64,000 nucleotides of DNA from an uncultured Armatimonadia bacterium (GTDB taxonomy: Bacteria > Armatimonadota > Zipacnadia > CAVVLO01): the NCBI GenBank assembly GCA_963749155.1, contig CAVVLO010000002.1:544001-608000 (forward strand), in the 5' to 3' direction. How positions within the stretch are numbered: position 1 is the stretch's first letter; each line of letters opens with the position of its first letter. Position numbers and translations under genes: made by a program. Positions 53,139 through 62,089 of the stretch are shown here, one piece after another. The notes under the pieces were generated by a model. It saw only the letters and a list, made by a program, of their open reading frames with translations, was not told the origin of the DNA and searched no databases.

Positions 53139-55634
53139 CTAGCCAGGATTCACATCATAGTACTGTGGGACTTCCCAGTCGGCCTCCAGCGTGTCGCTGA
53201 GCAATATGCTCTCAAGCTGCGGATTGGCCTCGAAGGGCTCGATCGTGAGCACGGCGGTATCTCCCGGCTTGGCAGGTATTAGCGCCAGTTGCTGGCCATC
53301 GAGCAGGCTCCACTGGGCGATACGCACTTTACCCTTGAGCGGCTTGCCTGAAAGGGTCTCCAGCACCTCAACCTCACAATTCACAAGCGCGCCGCGGTAA
53401 GGCAGTATCTGCTTCAGCGTCGGCAGATCGGAGCGAGACAGCAACTTTACTCTCACCTTCGAAGCCGCGACCTCGGCGCCAGAAGGCAGATAGCCACTGG
53501 CCTGAAGCGCCACATCATCCGGCAGGGCGCGAGCATATAGCGCGACGTGACTGAGAGTACCTGCCCAGTCGCGGTCGCCGGTGGCTTCATCGCCCAGCAG
53601 CAGTTCATAGGGTGTCCAGTTGGAAAAATCTCCCTGGACGGCGTCGGTATCCAGCACCTTCGCGCCATTGAGAAAGGCTGCCAGGCGCCCTGGCATATAG
53701 GTGATGACCACGTGGGCTGGCCGGCCGGCAACAAGCTTCCCGAAGGGTACCTGCGGATTGGCGCCGTTTGGTCCGGTTGCAGGGGTGCGCAGCCTGAGAG
53801 CCAGATGGTCCGCGTCCTGACCGAGTGTAAAATTGCGTTCGCCAGGATTGGCCGATAAGGTCACGATACGCGCAGGGCCGGTCTGAGTGATGTTATCCGG
53901 CACCAGCACAGTTTCGATTGTGAGCTGACCAGAGGCCTTGCAGGCTTCAAGCAAGCGCTGGCCTGCTCCTTCGACTTTATAAGCGCCTCTGGCAAGCACC
54001 AGCGCCCAGCTATGATCCATATGGCCAAGGCCTCTGGGCTGCAACGGATACGAAAACTGCTGGCCGGTCTGGGGATCGGTTACCAGATTCTTGCTTGCGG
54101 CATTCTCAAAGAGGAAGACAAGTCCCTGGTTTGAGACAGGCCAGCTTACAGGGGCGATCTCGACTGTTATTTTGTCGAGTTTATTGGGCCTCTGAGCCAG
54201 GTCGGTGATGTTTTCCAGCGTCAGCTTGACGGGGCCAGTGACCGGTTGCCTCAGCTTGAGGAGCAGCTTCATCGCCTGACCGCTCAGGCTGGCGCTTTGC
54301 AGTCCAAGCTCTGGCTTGAGAGAAGCTTTCAACTTGCCCGTGTAGACCGGCTCGCTGAAGCTCACAGCCAGCGTAGTTGGATCTTGCAGCCAGGCTTCTT
54401 TGACAACAGGCTTTTGGGAAGGGGCAACCGAAACAGAAGCCCTCAGCGTCTGTTCTCCCTGCCTGGCGATGACGAGGTACTCACCCTCCTGGACGAATTC
54501 GTGTTCGACGCTAACGCCTGAGTCCTGTTTACCATCACCGAAGTCCCAGTGCCATTGGCCTTCAGAAGGTGCTGCAAGCTTGACTCGGTAAGGTGCTTCA
54601 CCAGCCCAGGAGCCAAGTACAAATTCATCCAGATGAACATCAGGGAATCGGTCACAATGAGGATCGAAGGTATAACGCACAGGCTTGTCTATCAACTGGA
54701 GGGTCTCAGGATTTATCTGACAAACGAAGATGTCGTAGTCGGCATTGAAATGGTCATGCTGGTTGGGCGAAGCGCCAACAGCAAACAGCTTCATGTCAGC
54801 CGAGATCATTGGGAAATAAAGGTAGGCGCGCTCAGGTGGCATGCGTGGGTCAGATCGTTCTATAATACTGCCAATCTCACCATCACTGAGCCGTATCTTG
54901 CCGACCGGCCCGCCGCCCCTGCGCATCCAGAACCCCCATTTGCCATCGCTTGTGAAATAGGGCTGGCAGCCATTTAGATCCTGGCGAAGGCTTATTTTCT
55001 GCGTGGCGGTATCGTAAGGAGAAAAGGTGGGCACGCCAGTTGTCGCGTAGTTCAAGTGCGGATCGAGCAGATAACCTGCTACACCATCCCAGGGTGAATC
55101 CTTCATATCGTAGCGGATAAGCTCTGAGCTTTCGCCTGTGTCAACGTTGAGCTGGCGAGTGATGTTGTTGCCATCAATGTAAAGCAAAGTAGAATTGTCA
55201 ATCCAGATGGCGGCTCGGTCCTCACCAACAGCGCGCGAATCCCCAGCAATTATCCGGTCGTGTTTACCATCGGCGCTGAGCAAATGGAGAGGGATTAGCG
55301 TGCCCTTTCGGTAACCGTTGTAAGCATTCAGCTCTTTGGGGAAACTCTGATACACGAGCCTGCGCCCATCAGGAGCCAGATGCGGGCAATAATGATCGCG
55401 GCCAGGCTCCTCGGGAGAAAGCTGACGCAGGCCTGTGCCGTCCAGCTCTATCCGGTAGATGCGCCAGTCACCAGATCGACTTGATTCCCAGACGACGAAA
55501 CCTGAACCCAGAGCAGCCAGGCGTTGATAGCCGGCTTGCCAGTCTGAGGGATTGTCCTGAGTAAAAGAGAAACTTGCGAGTAGGAGCATACATAAGGCCA
55601 GTATTAGCAGTAATCTCAAACTAATCACACGCAC
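53139..55634 (-). CDS. Secreted multidomain protein: TolB-like propeller - PKD - Ig-like - LamG - unnamed C-terminal domain
   Basis: VWESSRSGDWRIY, PDGRRLVY; WHWDFGDG (PKD); VSFSEPV (Ig-like); GPARIVTLS..NFTLGQ..WAGTLSHVALYARAL (LamG). Start moved to GTG at about 55634, ahead of the signal peptide. Confidence 0.75.
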   Translation of the reverse strand: MRVISLRLLLILALCMLLLASFSFTQDNPSDWQAGYQRLAALGSGFVVWESSRSGDWRIYRIELDGTGLRQLSPEEPGRDHYCPHLAPDGRRLVYQSFPKELNAYNGYRKGTLIPLHLLSADGKHDRIIAGDSRAVGEDRAAIWIDNSTLLYIDGNNITRQLNVDTGESSELIRYDMKDSPWDGVAGYLLDPHLNYATTGVPTFSPYDTATQKISLRQDLNGCQPYFTSDGKWGFWMRRGGGPVGKIRLSDGEIGSIIERSDPRMPPERAYLYFPMISADMKLFAVGASPNQHDHFNADYDIFVCQINPETLQLIDKPVRYTFDPHCDRFPDVHLDEFVLGSWAGEAPYRVKLAAPSEGQWHWDFGDGKQDSGVSVEHEFVQEGEYLVIARQGEQTLRASVSVAPSQKPVVKEAWLQDPTTLAVSFSEPVYTGKLKASLKPELGLQSASLSGQAMKLLLKLRQPVTGPVKLTLENITDLAQRPNKLDKITVEIAPVSWPVSNQGLVFLFENAASKNLVTDPQTGQQFSYPLQPRGLGHMDHSWALVLARGAYKVEGAGQRLLEACKASGQLTIETVLVPDNITQTGPARIVTLSANPGERNFTLGQDADHLALRLRTPATGPNGANPQVPFGKLVAGRPAHVVITYMPGRLAAFLNGAKVLDTDAVQGDFSNWTPYELLLGDEATGDRDWAGTLSHVALYARALPDDVALQASGYLPSGAEVAASKVRVKLLSRSDLPTLKQILPYRGALVNCEVEVLETLSGKPLKGKVRIAQWSLLDGQQLALIPAKPGDTAVLTIEPFEANPQLESILLSDTLEADWEVPQYYDVNPG

Positions 55635-55862
55635 ACCTTCCAGCCGAGATGCCTTTCCTGGAACTACACAATAAAGCTTGACTTGCAAAATTTGACAGTA
55701 TGGAGCAAGTAGAAGTCGCATTTGCAGTACGAAATCGATTGTAACAGCACCTGACCTGTCGCCCAGAAGGAGCCCGGATGCAATATCAGATGAAGCCTCG
55801 TTATGTATCAAGCCCAACCTTTCGTCTCGCTTGCCCTCAGTGGCAGGTTGCCTTAAGCAGGC

Positions 55863-55889
55863 GCAGGAAAGCCTCTCCCAACTGACGAA
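55863..55889 (+). promoter_or_regulatory. SigH-like promoter GCAGGA-N17-CGAA
   Basis: 57 nt upstream of the 55946 start. Confidence 0.55.
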
Positions 55890-55945
55890 GACTAGGTACG
55901 GCAAACACCAAGGCCTGAGCCGACAGCAGCCTGGGGAAGTGGTAC

Positions 55946-58900
55946 GTGGTGAGACCTTCTAGAACGTTTTGTAATTATGCTGTATTTTCTCTGGAAGCCA
56001 GGCATGTCATCCTCTGGCTACTCCACCTCATCCTGGGAGGTCTGGTAATGACTTACTCCTCTGCTGGCGCCTCATCCTCAGGGGCACTGGGGACTGTTAC
56101 TCTCCAGTCCGACGCGGTTATCTTCGAGCGAGCTGGGCTGCGATTTCCGGTCAGCCTCGCTTGTCCTCTGTTTACACTCGAGGGGAAGGTAGTCGGTGGT
56201 CAGGTCCCTCTCAGGGTGGAGGGCAGTCTTGGCGCGGAGGAGCCAGTCGAGGTAACCTATGCCCCGCTGGTCCTCAGCGATAAGGCAAACCTGGAAGTAA
56301 AGCTCTTTCTCCAGTGGTCCAGGGAGGAGCAGGTCCTGCGGAAGTGGGCCTCTTATCGGCTGACTGGAGAAGAGACCTCACTTCTACTTGAGGAGATAGT
56401 CCTCGAGACAATCAATACCTCACAACCTGGCGCGGAGCTCCTGCCAGAGCAAGCGGTCATCTCGCCTCCAATGAGTTATCCCTTCTTCTTCAAGGGACTC
56501 TGGGCAGGCATTGAGTTTCCTGTTGCCTCCAGTCGGTTGGAGCAAGCCACAGTGCTGCTTGCCCATAAGCCTGGGCTTAGACTGCAACCCGGAGCCGACT
56601 ATGAGTCCCGGCGAGCAGTCTTCGGACTGGCCCCGGTCGGCGCTGAGCGGAGCAGCTTCCAGAGCTATATCCTGGCCCACAGTCCAGGCGCAAATCGGCG
56701 CTTCTTCGCCTGGGAGCCCTGGATTACGATGCCTATCCCTTATAAAGAAGAAGACCATCTGAGACTGCTTGGTCGGATCGGCGAGCACCTGAAAGGGCAA
56801 TCTGGCGCGAAGCTTGATGCCTGCGTGATGACAGCAGGCTGGTCCAACCCTCAGAGCCTTTGGGAGATAAACCAGACGCTGTTTCCAGAAGGCTTTGCCC
56901 GAGTGAAAGAAGCAACCGAACAGATGGGTTGCCAGATGGGGCTGTGGATTTCTCCTTGCGCCTTCTATCCTTTTGCTCTCGACACTAACTGGGCGAAGGA
57001 ACAGGGGTATGAGACTGCTCAACTGCCGGGAAGCTCCCTGCGAGTGGCCTGTCTTGGGGGAGCGAAATACCAGACCGCTTTCAAGCAGCAGGTAGTGGCG
57101 CTCTTCGAGCGTTATGACATCGCTTATGGCTACTTTGACGGCTATCTTGCGGAATGCTCAGAGCCTGACCATGGACATGAGCCTGGAGCACTTTCCGCCG
57201 AGACCATCGCCGAGGGGTTCCTCGAGGTGATCCAGGCTATCCGGGCAGTGAATCCTGACGCCTGGCTGGAAGCCACCTGTTTCGGGGGCAATGCCAGCCC
57301 CTGGTGGCTCTTCTGGGTCAATACTGTCCTCGGCAATTACGGGGACGACTATTGCTGGGGGCGGGTCCCGGCGCCAGTCTACAGGGAGAGCTACACCACC
57401 GCCCGAGACTACAGCAACCTGCAGGGCTGCACCTGGGGCCTGCTGCCAATCGCCTCCCAGGAGGTCTTCGCCGGCCTGTACAACCACACAAAAGAGCCTG
57501 TGGTAAACGATGCTGTGATGGGCCTGATGCGCGGCAATATGCTCTACCTGCTTTGCACTAATCCCGAGATGATGAGTGAGTATGGCTGGGCGGCCCTTGC
57601 TAAAATTGTGGAATGGGGCCACGATCACGCTGCCCAGTTCAGCCACACTCAACCTCTGCTACCGAGTTCCTGGCAGGAGGGGAAGTGCCCCCGGTTCTCG
57701 CACGAGGCTCCAATGCCCGCTGAGCCATACGGTTATGCTCACTGGCAAGATGGCGAAGGACTAATCGCCCTGCGCAATCCCTGGTTCGGCCTGCAGAGCT
57801 ATCACCTCAAGCTGGATGCTTCATCGGGCCTCTCAACGGACGTCTCAGGCCTCTCGGCGGTCAGCCTTTATCCTGAAAACCGACTCTATGCCAAAAGCCT
57901 GGGCTTCGGCGATGAACTGGAAGTCTCGCTTGCCCCCTTTGAGACAGTGGTGCTCCGTTTCGTGAAGGACCAGACCACGCAAAATCTCACCCCAGCCAGT
58001 GGCTCGATTGGGAACAGGATAACGGTCACTGGTGTCCGAAGCCATCTGACGCGCCTCGAATACATGGGAGAAAGCACCCCTCTTGGCCCCGACTGGACCC
58101 GGCAAAATACCACTCTGGCTGGCGCCTGCAAAATGGAACTGGAAGCTCAGCTTGCACTTGAGGCGCCCGCAGGTGAGTTGCTGGTACTGCTTGAAGAACA
58201 AGGCCAGCCTGTCGATCCAGTCTGCCAGCTCACCATCAACGGCGAACCTGTTGACTGGAGCCTCAGCGGGCCTGACACTGGCTATTCCGGTACGGTGTTT
58301 CAAAGACCGGAGCAGTGGCTTTATCTGCGCGCCCCGCTGACAGCAGGTCGCAGCCGGGTGAGACTCGAGTTGCTCTCTCGCACCGAGGCGCCCAAGGTGT
58401 CCGTCTGGATCTGGGCAAAGAAGCCCGGTAGTCTTATCGGTTCCACTTTCCCTGAGTCACTGCCCCAGCCGGAGGAGTTGTCCCTGGACTCGGTTTGCCT
58501 GCTTGAGCAGGTAGATACTGCCAGTCCAGGATTGCCCAGGCTGATGATGGAACGCCCCGTGGAGCATATCAAGGGCGTCTTCCTGGACAGCCTGCAGCCA
58601 GTCGAAGCCGCCCCAACCAGTCTCAACGCCAATCCAGGGCAGGGGCAGCTCAGCCTGCGCGCTCACAGGTATAACCGCGGACTTGGTCTTGTGGCCCCCT
58701 GGCGTGCTATCTATGAGCTGGATGGCAGCTATCAGACTTTCCGAGCCATGGTAGGTGTCGATGGGGGAACAGCCCATAACGACAAGTCCAGGCTGGTCTT
58801 CACGGTTTTGGTAGATGGCCAGCAGGCCTGGGAATCCCCCCAGCTCAGTCGCTGGGATAATCCGCTACCAGTCGAAGTGAACCTGGCCGGCAAGTCCAGG

Positions 58901-58990
58901 CTCGAACTCGCAGTCACCGACTACGCGCGCGAAGGCACACTGGATCATTCGAGCTGGGGCGTGTGGGCACTGGCAAGAATGGAGCGCTGA
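55946..58990 (+). CDS. Secreted clan GH-D (GH36-like) putative hydrolase with C-terminal NPCBM/NEW2 domain
   Basis: MTAGWSNP..WEIN..LFPEGF, MGLWISP, YGYFDG; NPCBM-like YNRGLG..YELDGSYQTFRAMVGVD..FTVLVDG..WES..VEVNLAG..LELAVTD. Confidence 0.65.
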   Translation: MVRPSRTFCNYAVFSLEARHVILWLLHLILGGLVMTYSSAGASSSGALGTVTLQSDAVIFERAGLRFPVSLACPLFTLEGKVVGGQVPLRVEGSLGAEEPVEVTYAPLVLSDKANLEVKLFLQWSREEQVLRKWASYRLTGEETSLLLEEIVLETINTSQPGAELLPEQAVISPPMSYPFFFKGLWAGIEFPVASSRLEQATVLLAHKPGLRLQPGADYESRRAVFGLAPVGAERSSFQSYILAHSPGANRRFFAWEPWITMPIPYKEEDHLRLLGRIGEHLKGQSGAKLDACVMTAGWSNPQSLWEINQTLFPEGFARVKEATEQMGCQMGLWISPCAFYPFALDTNWAKEQGYETAQLPGSSLRVACLGGAKYQTAFKQQVVALFERYDIAYGYFDGYLAECSEPDHGHEPGALSAETIAEGFLEVIQAIRAVNPDAWLEATCFGGNASPWWLFWVNTVLGNYGDDYCWGRVPAPVYRESYTTARDYSNLQGCTWGLLPIASQEVFAGLYNHTKEPVVNDAVMGLMRGNMLYLLCTNPEMMSEYGWAALAKIVEWGHDHAAQFSHTQPLLPSSWQEGKCPRFSHEAPMPAEPYGYAHWQDGEGLIALRNPWFGLQSYHLKLDASSGLSTDVSGLSAVSLYPENRLYAKSLGFGDELEVSLAPFETVVLRFVKDQTTQNLTPASGSIGNRITVTGVRSHLTRLEYMGESTPLGPDWTRQNTTLAGACKMELEAQLALEAPAGELLVLLEEQGQPVDPVCQLTINGEPVDWSLSGPDTGYSGTVFQRPEQWLYLRAPLTAGRSRVRLELLSRTEAPKVSVWIWAKKPGSLIGSTFPESLPQPEELSLDSVCLLEQVDTASPGLPRLMMERPVEHIKGVFLDSLQPVEAAPTSLNANPGQGQLSLRAHRYNRGLGLVAPWRAIYELDGSYQTFRAMVGVDGGTAHNDKSRLVFTVLVDGQQAWESPQLSRWDNPLPVEVNLAGKSRLELAVTDYAREGTLDHSSWGVWALARMER

Positions 58991-59131
58991 AGCACCAGAA
59001 GCTGCCTGACTCTGAAGAAGCAATTGTTGGCAGCCTGGGTGGAGAAAGCAAAACTGGTTCCGGACACGCTTGAAGTGGAAATCCACTCCGGGCTTCCGGA
59101 ACCAGTCGTAGCTAGCATGGTAGTCCCGACG
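58991..59131 (+). pseudogene. Possible C-terminal relic of a large serine recombinase, ending in a tRNA-3'-end-like att core
   Basis: Start-less frame KKQLLAAWVEKAKLVPDTLEVEIHSGLPEPVVASMVVPT resembles recombinase tails (recalled similarity only); 59118-59131 is the reverse complement of CGTCGGGACTACCA. Confidence 0.4.
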
Positions 59132-59271
59132 CTAGGGCAGGACAACACGCTGCCGGTGCTGTGTTCCGGATCGTCAGGTGGGACAAGTGAGGCGGGGATA
59201 AGCCCCGTAACCGGACAGCGCAGCATCGCTTCTTCGGGTATGGCAGTCTCCCACGGGGGTCTTGTTCCTTA

Positions 59272-59436
59272 TCACCAGGTCCAGCCCTTGGCCAACTCCA
59301 CTTTCGCCCGGGGCAACTTGTTAGTGATCTGCTCTGGCGTATGCTTCAAGCTTCCGCCTCCCCTGGCCCCTTCTAGCAGTCCAGTTCCATCCTGACTACG
59401 AAAATACTACTGGACTCGTTCCTGGTTGCAAGGTCG
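59272..59436 (-). mobile_element. IS3-family (IS407-group-like) left-end relic with truncated OrfA
   Basis: Minus strand reads KHTPEQITNKLPRAKVELAKGWT*, matching the OrfA N-terminal pattern (HTPEQIINKLREAEVELAKG); preceded by RBS GGGGAGG and a degenerate end cgaccttgcaaccaggaacgagtccag. Confidence 0.7.
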
Positions 59437-59557
59437 AGGGCAATCAAGAGTAACCAGAAAGGGCTTGTCAGAATCGAGATGGCTGGTTGCTATCATGCAA
59501 CGCCAAGAACTGATGGGCCATCCCATCACGCTAATCATACGGCCAGTCAGGTTGAGG

Positions 59558-62089
59558 TCAAGGGCGTGACTGGGCCTGCGCGGCGATGGTCTCGGCGATC
59601 AGCAGGGGCCGGTGCCAGAGGCGGATCCGTTCGATGGCCGGTTCGGTGTCCATTTCGGGCGCAGACAGAGAATCGAACGAGAAGCCGGGAGGCAAGAGAC
59701 CTACTCCGCCGGCGCGTCGCGCGCCGCCGTCATCGAGCAGCCCGCTCAGGATGGCGCAGACGCGCCTGGCGCGCAGATCGACGATCAAACTGACCACGGG
59801 ATCGTCCGCCTTGAGCAGCGCTGCGTCAAATACGCAGGACACGGGGCGGCCTTCTCCGTCCGAGACCCGCGCCACCACATCTTCGCCCTCGCGCGCAAGA
59901 GACAGAGAACAGCCGCCGCCCCCGCGCAAGGTTATCCAGTGCCCCTCAAGGGCTGGATTGCTCAGGCGGACTTCCAGCGTGAACCCGTTCTGCTTGTCAA
60001 TCTCTTGCCGGGATCCAGGAACCGGCTTTCCCCTCTCCCACTCGATATCCGGCGGCGGTACGGGCGCGCCCTCGCGCACCACTTGCAAGAAATCGGCCGG
60101 CACCCGGAACTGGCGAACTTCCTTTTTCTGAGTCGTGGTTAGCACCATACCGTCGTCATCAGCGAGCCAGTCGGGGTAGCTCATACCGCTGCCAAACGGC
60201 GGGGCGAAGTCGTACAGGAGCATCTCCGGTGGACCCCAAAGGCAGTCGCCGTCCCGGAAATGCGCCGCCCGCAGCCAGACGGTGTCGCGGTCTTTGTTGC
60301 GCATGGGAACGGCGCGGGCATCGTTCTCGTGCGTCCACAGGTAGAGGTGGCCGGCGCCGTCGCGCAGGAGCCGCGGGCAGGCCAATGGCTGCTTGATCAG
60401 GCGACCGTCGATGCCGCGAGCCTGCTGCGGCGGGGCGAAGGTCCGCCCCTGGTCCAACGAAAAGGTCTGCCCGATATAGCCTTCCAGGGTGCGGAAGACG
60501 CAGAAAAGGCGTCCGTCATCAAGCGGCACGAGCTGGTGTTCCTCCTGCACATCTCCCATACCCTCGCCCCGGATGCCACGGCTTCCTTCGGGTAGCATCT
60601 CCCAGCGGTGGCGGGACAGATCCGGCTCGCTGGCGGCGTTGGGCGACCGGAAAAGCCATCCTTCACCGTAGCGCTCCTTCGATGCGGTCAGGCGCGTGAA
60701 GGAGACATACAGCGAGCCGTCCTGCAGGAAGGGGGCACTGACGCCCCAGGAGATGACGCGGGGCCATTCCTCGTCCAACAGGGTCTTGCGGATCGGCAGG
60801 TCCACCGCCGCCGACCAGGAACGACCACCGTCCTCCGACACGCGATACCGGTAGTTCACGGGCCGGACGGGGTCGCCCGAGGCGACGTTGTAGAAAACAA
60901 AAAGGCGGCCGTCTGGACCCGTCCAGGGGCAGCCCCAGGAAGGCTGAAGTGGCTTGGCCCCATCGGGTTCGAGCGGCTCGATGGCGCGCATGGGAGGTGT
61001 CCAGCTTTTTCCATGGTCCGCGCTGCGCATCAAGACCAGGTGCTGATCGGCCGCGCCCTCGGATCCGGCGCTGGTCGTCGCGATGCAGATCCACTCGCCG
61101 CTCCGAAGCGCCGCCAGGTAGGGTTGGTCATAATAGCCCTTCCTGGCGAGAAGTTTTCCTGACCCGAACCAGCGCGGATCGTCCAGGGGCTGCCGGTTGG
61201 GCTTGATCTGCCAGCGCGTCATCATCGCTTCGGACCATGCATCCAGCCCCTGGTCGTCCAGCGCATGGACAAAAATCGCCAACTCGGCCAACGCGCCCCG
61301 GAAAAATCGATTGCCGGCGCTGCCGCCCAGGGTGTAGCCGGTGGTCAGCGGCAGTGAATCGGGCCTGGTAAGAGGGGCTTCCGTCACGCGGATGCCCCCC
61401 CGGTAGAAAGTAACCTCCGGGCCCTTCTTCCGGATGACGATCAGTTCCATCCGCCCGAAGGATTCGACAGGGGTCTCGACCCGCTCGACCTTGCTGCCGT
61501 TGTTGAGACAGACCGAAAAGGCCTCTTCGCCCGGCCGAGAGAAGGTGAACGCGTACCCATCAGCGCCTTCCATCAGAAAAGGGTCCGTGCGCGATAGCAG
61601 AAGAGGTCTCCAGACCGAGTCTTGAGGTCCCGGCGAAGCCACCTGGGGCTCGATCTGCAGTGCAAAAAAGGCCGTGAAGTCCTGGGGCAAGGCCAGGTCC
61701 GGCAAGGAAAGCCGGCTGCCTGTGCCATCGAAGAGGACCAGCGGTTTCCCCGTGCGCGGGTCCGTGCTTTTCAACGGCGCGGGACGTTCGGCAGTGGCGA
61801 CGGCGTCACCGGCTCCCTGGGCCGCGTTGCGCCAGTGGCCCACTGGCGTACCGTCCGCCTGGTCTGCCAGGTCCGCCGCGTTCAGCCAGAGAGCCAGTCC
61901 TGGCGGTGTGCCGCCATCGCCTGGGGCGGTGTGACCGGCAAGAGGCAGGCCGCTCAGCATGAGGAGCGGAAGCAGGTACACCCATGGTCGCACAGGGCAG
62001 ATGCGAGCGTGAGATGCGGCTTGCCCAGGTAGCCAGCCCAGGATATCGCGATATGGTTTGAAGAGAGGCTTCAGTAATTGCAACGTCAT
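59558..62089 (-). CDS. Sialidase-like BNR/Asp-box beta-propeller protein with LamG-like domains
   Basis: Asp boxes RSADHGKSW, VSEDGGRSW, FSLDQGRTF; GYYDQPY, QEEH, MSYPD; N-terminal GLALWLNA..W..FRGALAELAIF. Confidence 0.8.
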   Translation of the reverse strand: MTLQLLKPLFKPYRDILGWLPGQAASHARICPVRPWVYLLPLLMLSGLPLAGHTAPGDGGTPPGLALWLNAADLADQADGTPVGHWRNAAQGAGDAVATAERPAPLKSTDPRTGKPLVLFDGTGSRLSLPDLALPQDFTAFFALQIEPQVASPGPQDSVWRPLLLSRTDPFLMEGADGYAFTFSRPGEEAFSVCLNNGSKVERVETPVESFGRMELIVIRKKGPEVTFYRGGIRVTEAPLTRPDSLPLTTGYTLGGSAGNRFFRGALAELAIFVHALDDQGLDAWSEAMMTRWQIKPNRQPLDDPRWFGSGKLLARKGYYDQPYLAALRSGEWICIATTSAGSEGAADQHLVLMRSADHGKSWTPPMRAIEPLEPDGAKPLQPSWGCPWTGPDGRLFVFYNVASGDPVRPVNYRYRVSEDGGRSWSAAVDLPIRKTLLDEEWPRVISWGVSAPFLQDGSLYVSFTRLTASKERYGEGWLFRSPNAASEPDLSRHRWEMLPEGSRGIRGEGMGDVQEEHQLVPLDDGRLFCVFRTLEGYIGQTFSLDQGRTFAPPQQARGIDGRLIKQPLACPRLLRDGAGHLYLWTHENDARAVPMRNKDRDTVWLRAAHFRDGDCLWGPPEMLLYDFAPPFGSGMSYPDWLADDDGMVLTTTQKKEVRQFRVPADFLQVVREGAPVPPPDIEWERGKPVPGSRQEIDKQNGFTLEVRLSNPALEGHWITLRGGGGCSLSLAREGEDVVARVSDGEGRPVSCVFDAALLKADDPVVSLIVDLRARRVCAILSGLLDDGGARRAGGVGLLPPGFSFDSLSAPEMDTEPAIERIRLWHRPLLIAETIAAQAQSRP

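Noticed and set aside
55635..55904. N-terminal extensions given by the ORF track (also 45399-45497, 31188-31247, 49596-49670, 63511-63564)
   Set aside because: Downstream starts have an RBS and/or signal peptide; the extensions run through promoter DNA or the neighbouring gene
59118..59131. tRNA gene
   Set aside because: Only a 14-nt acceptor-end-like piece; no T-loop (TTCGA) or cloverleaf
59150..59180. CUGACGA on the minus strand as a hammerhead ribozyme core
   Set aside because: No GAAA after the putative stem II and no consistent three-stem junction
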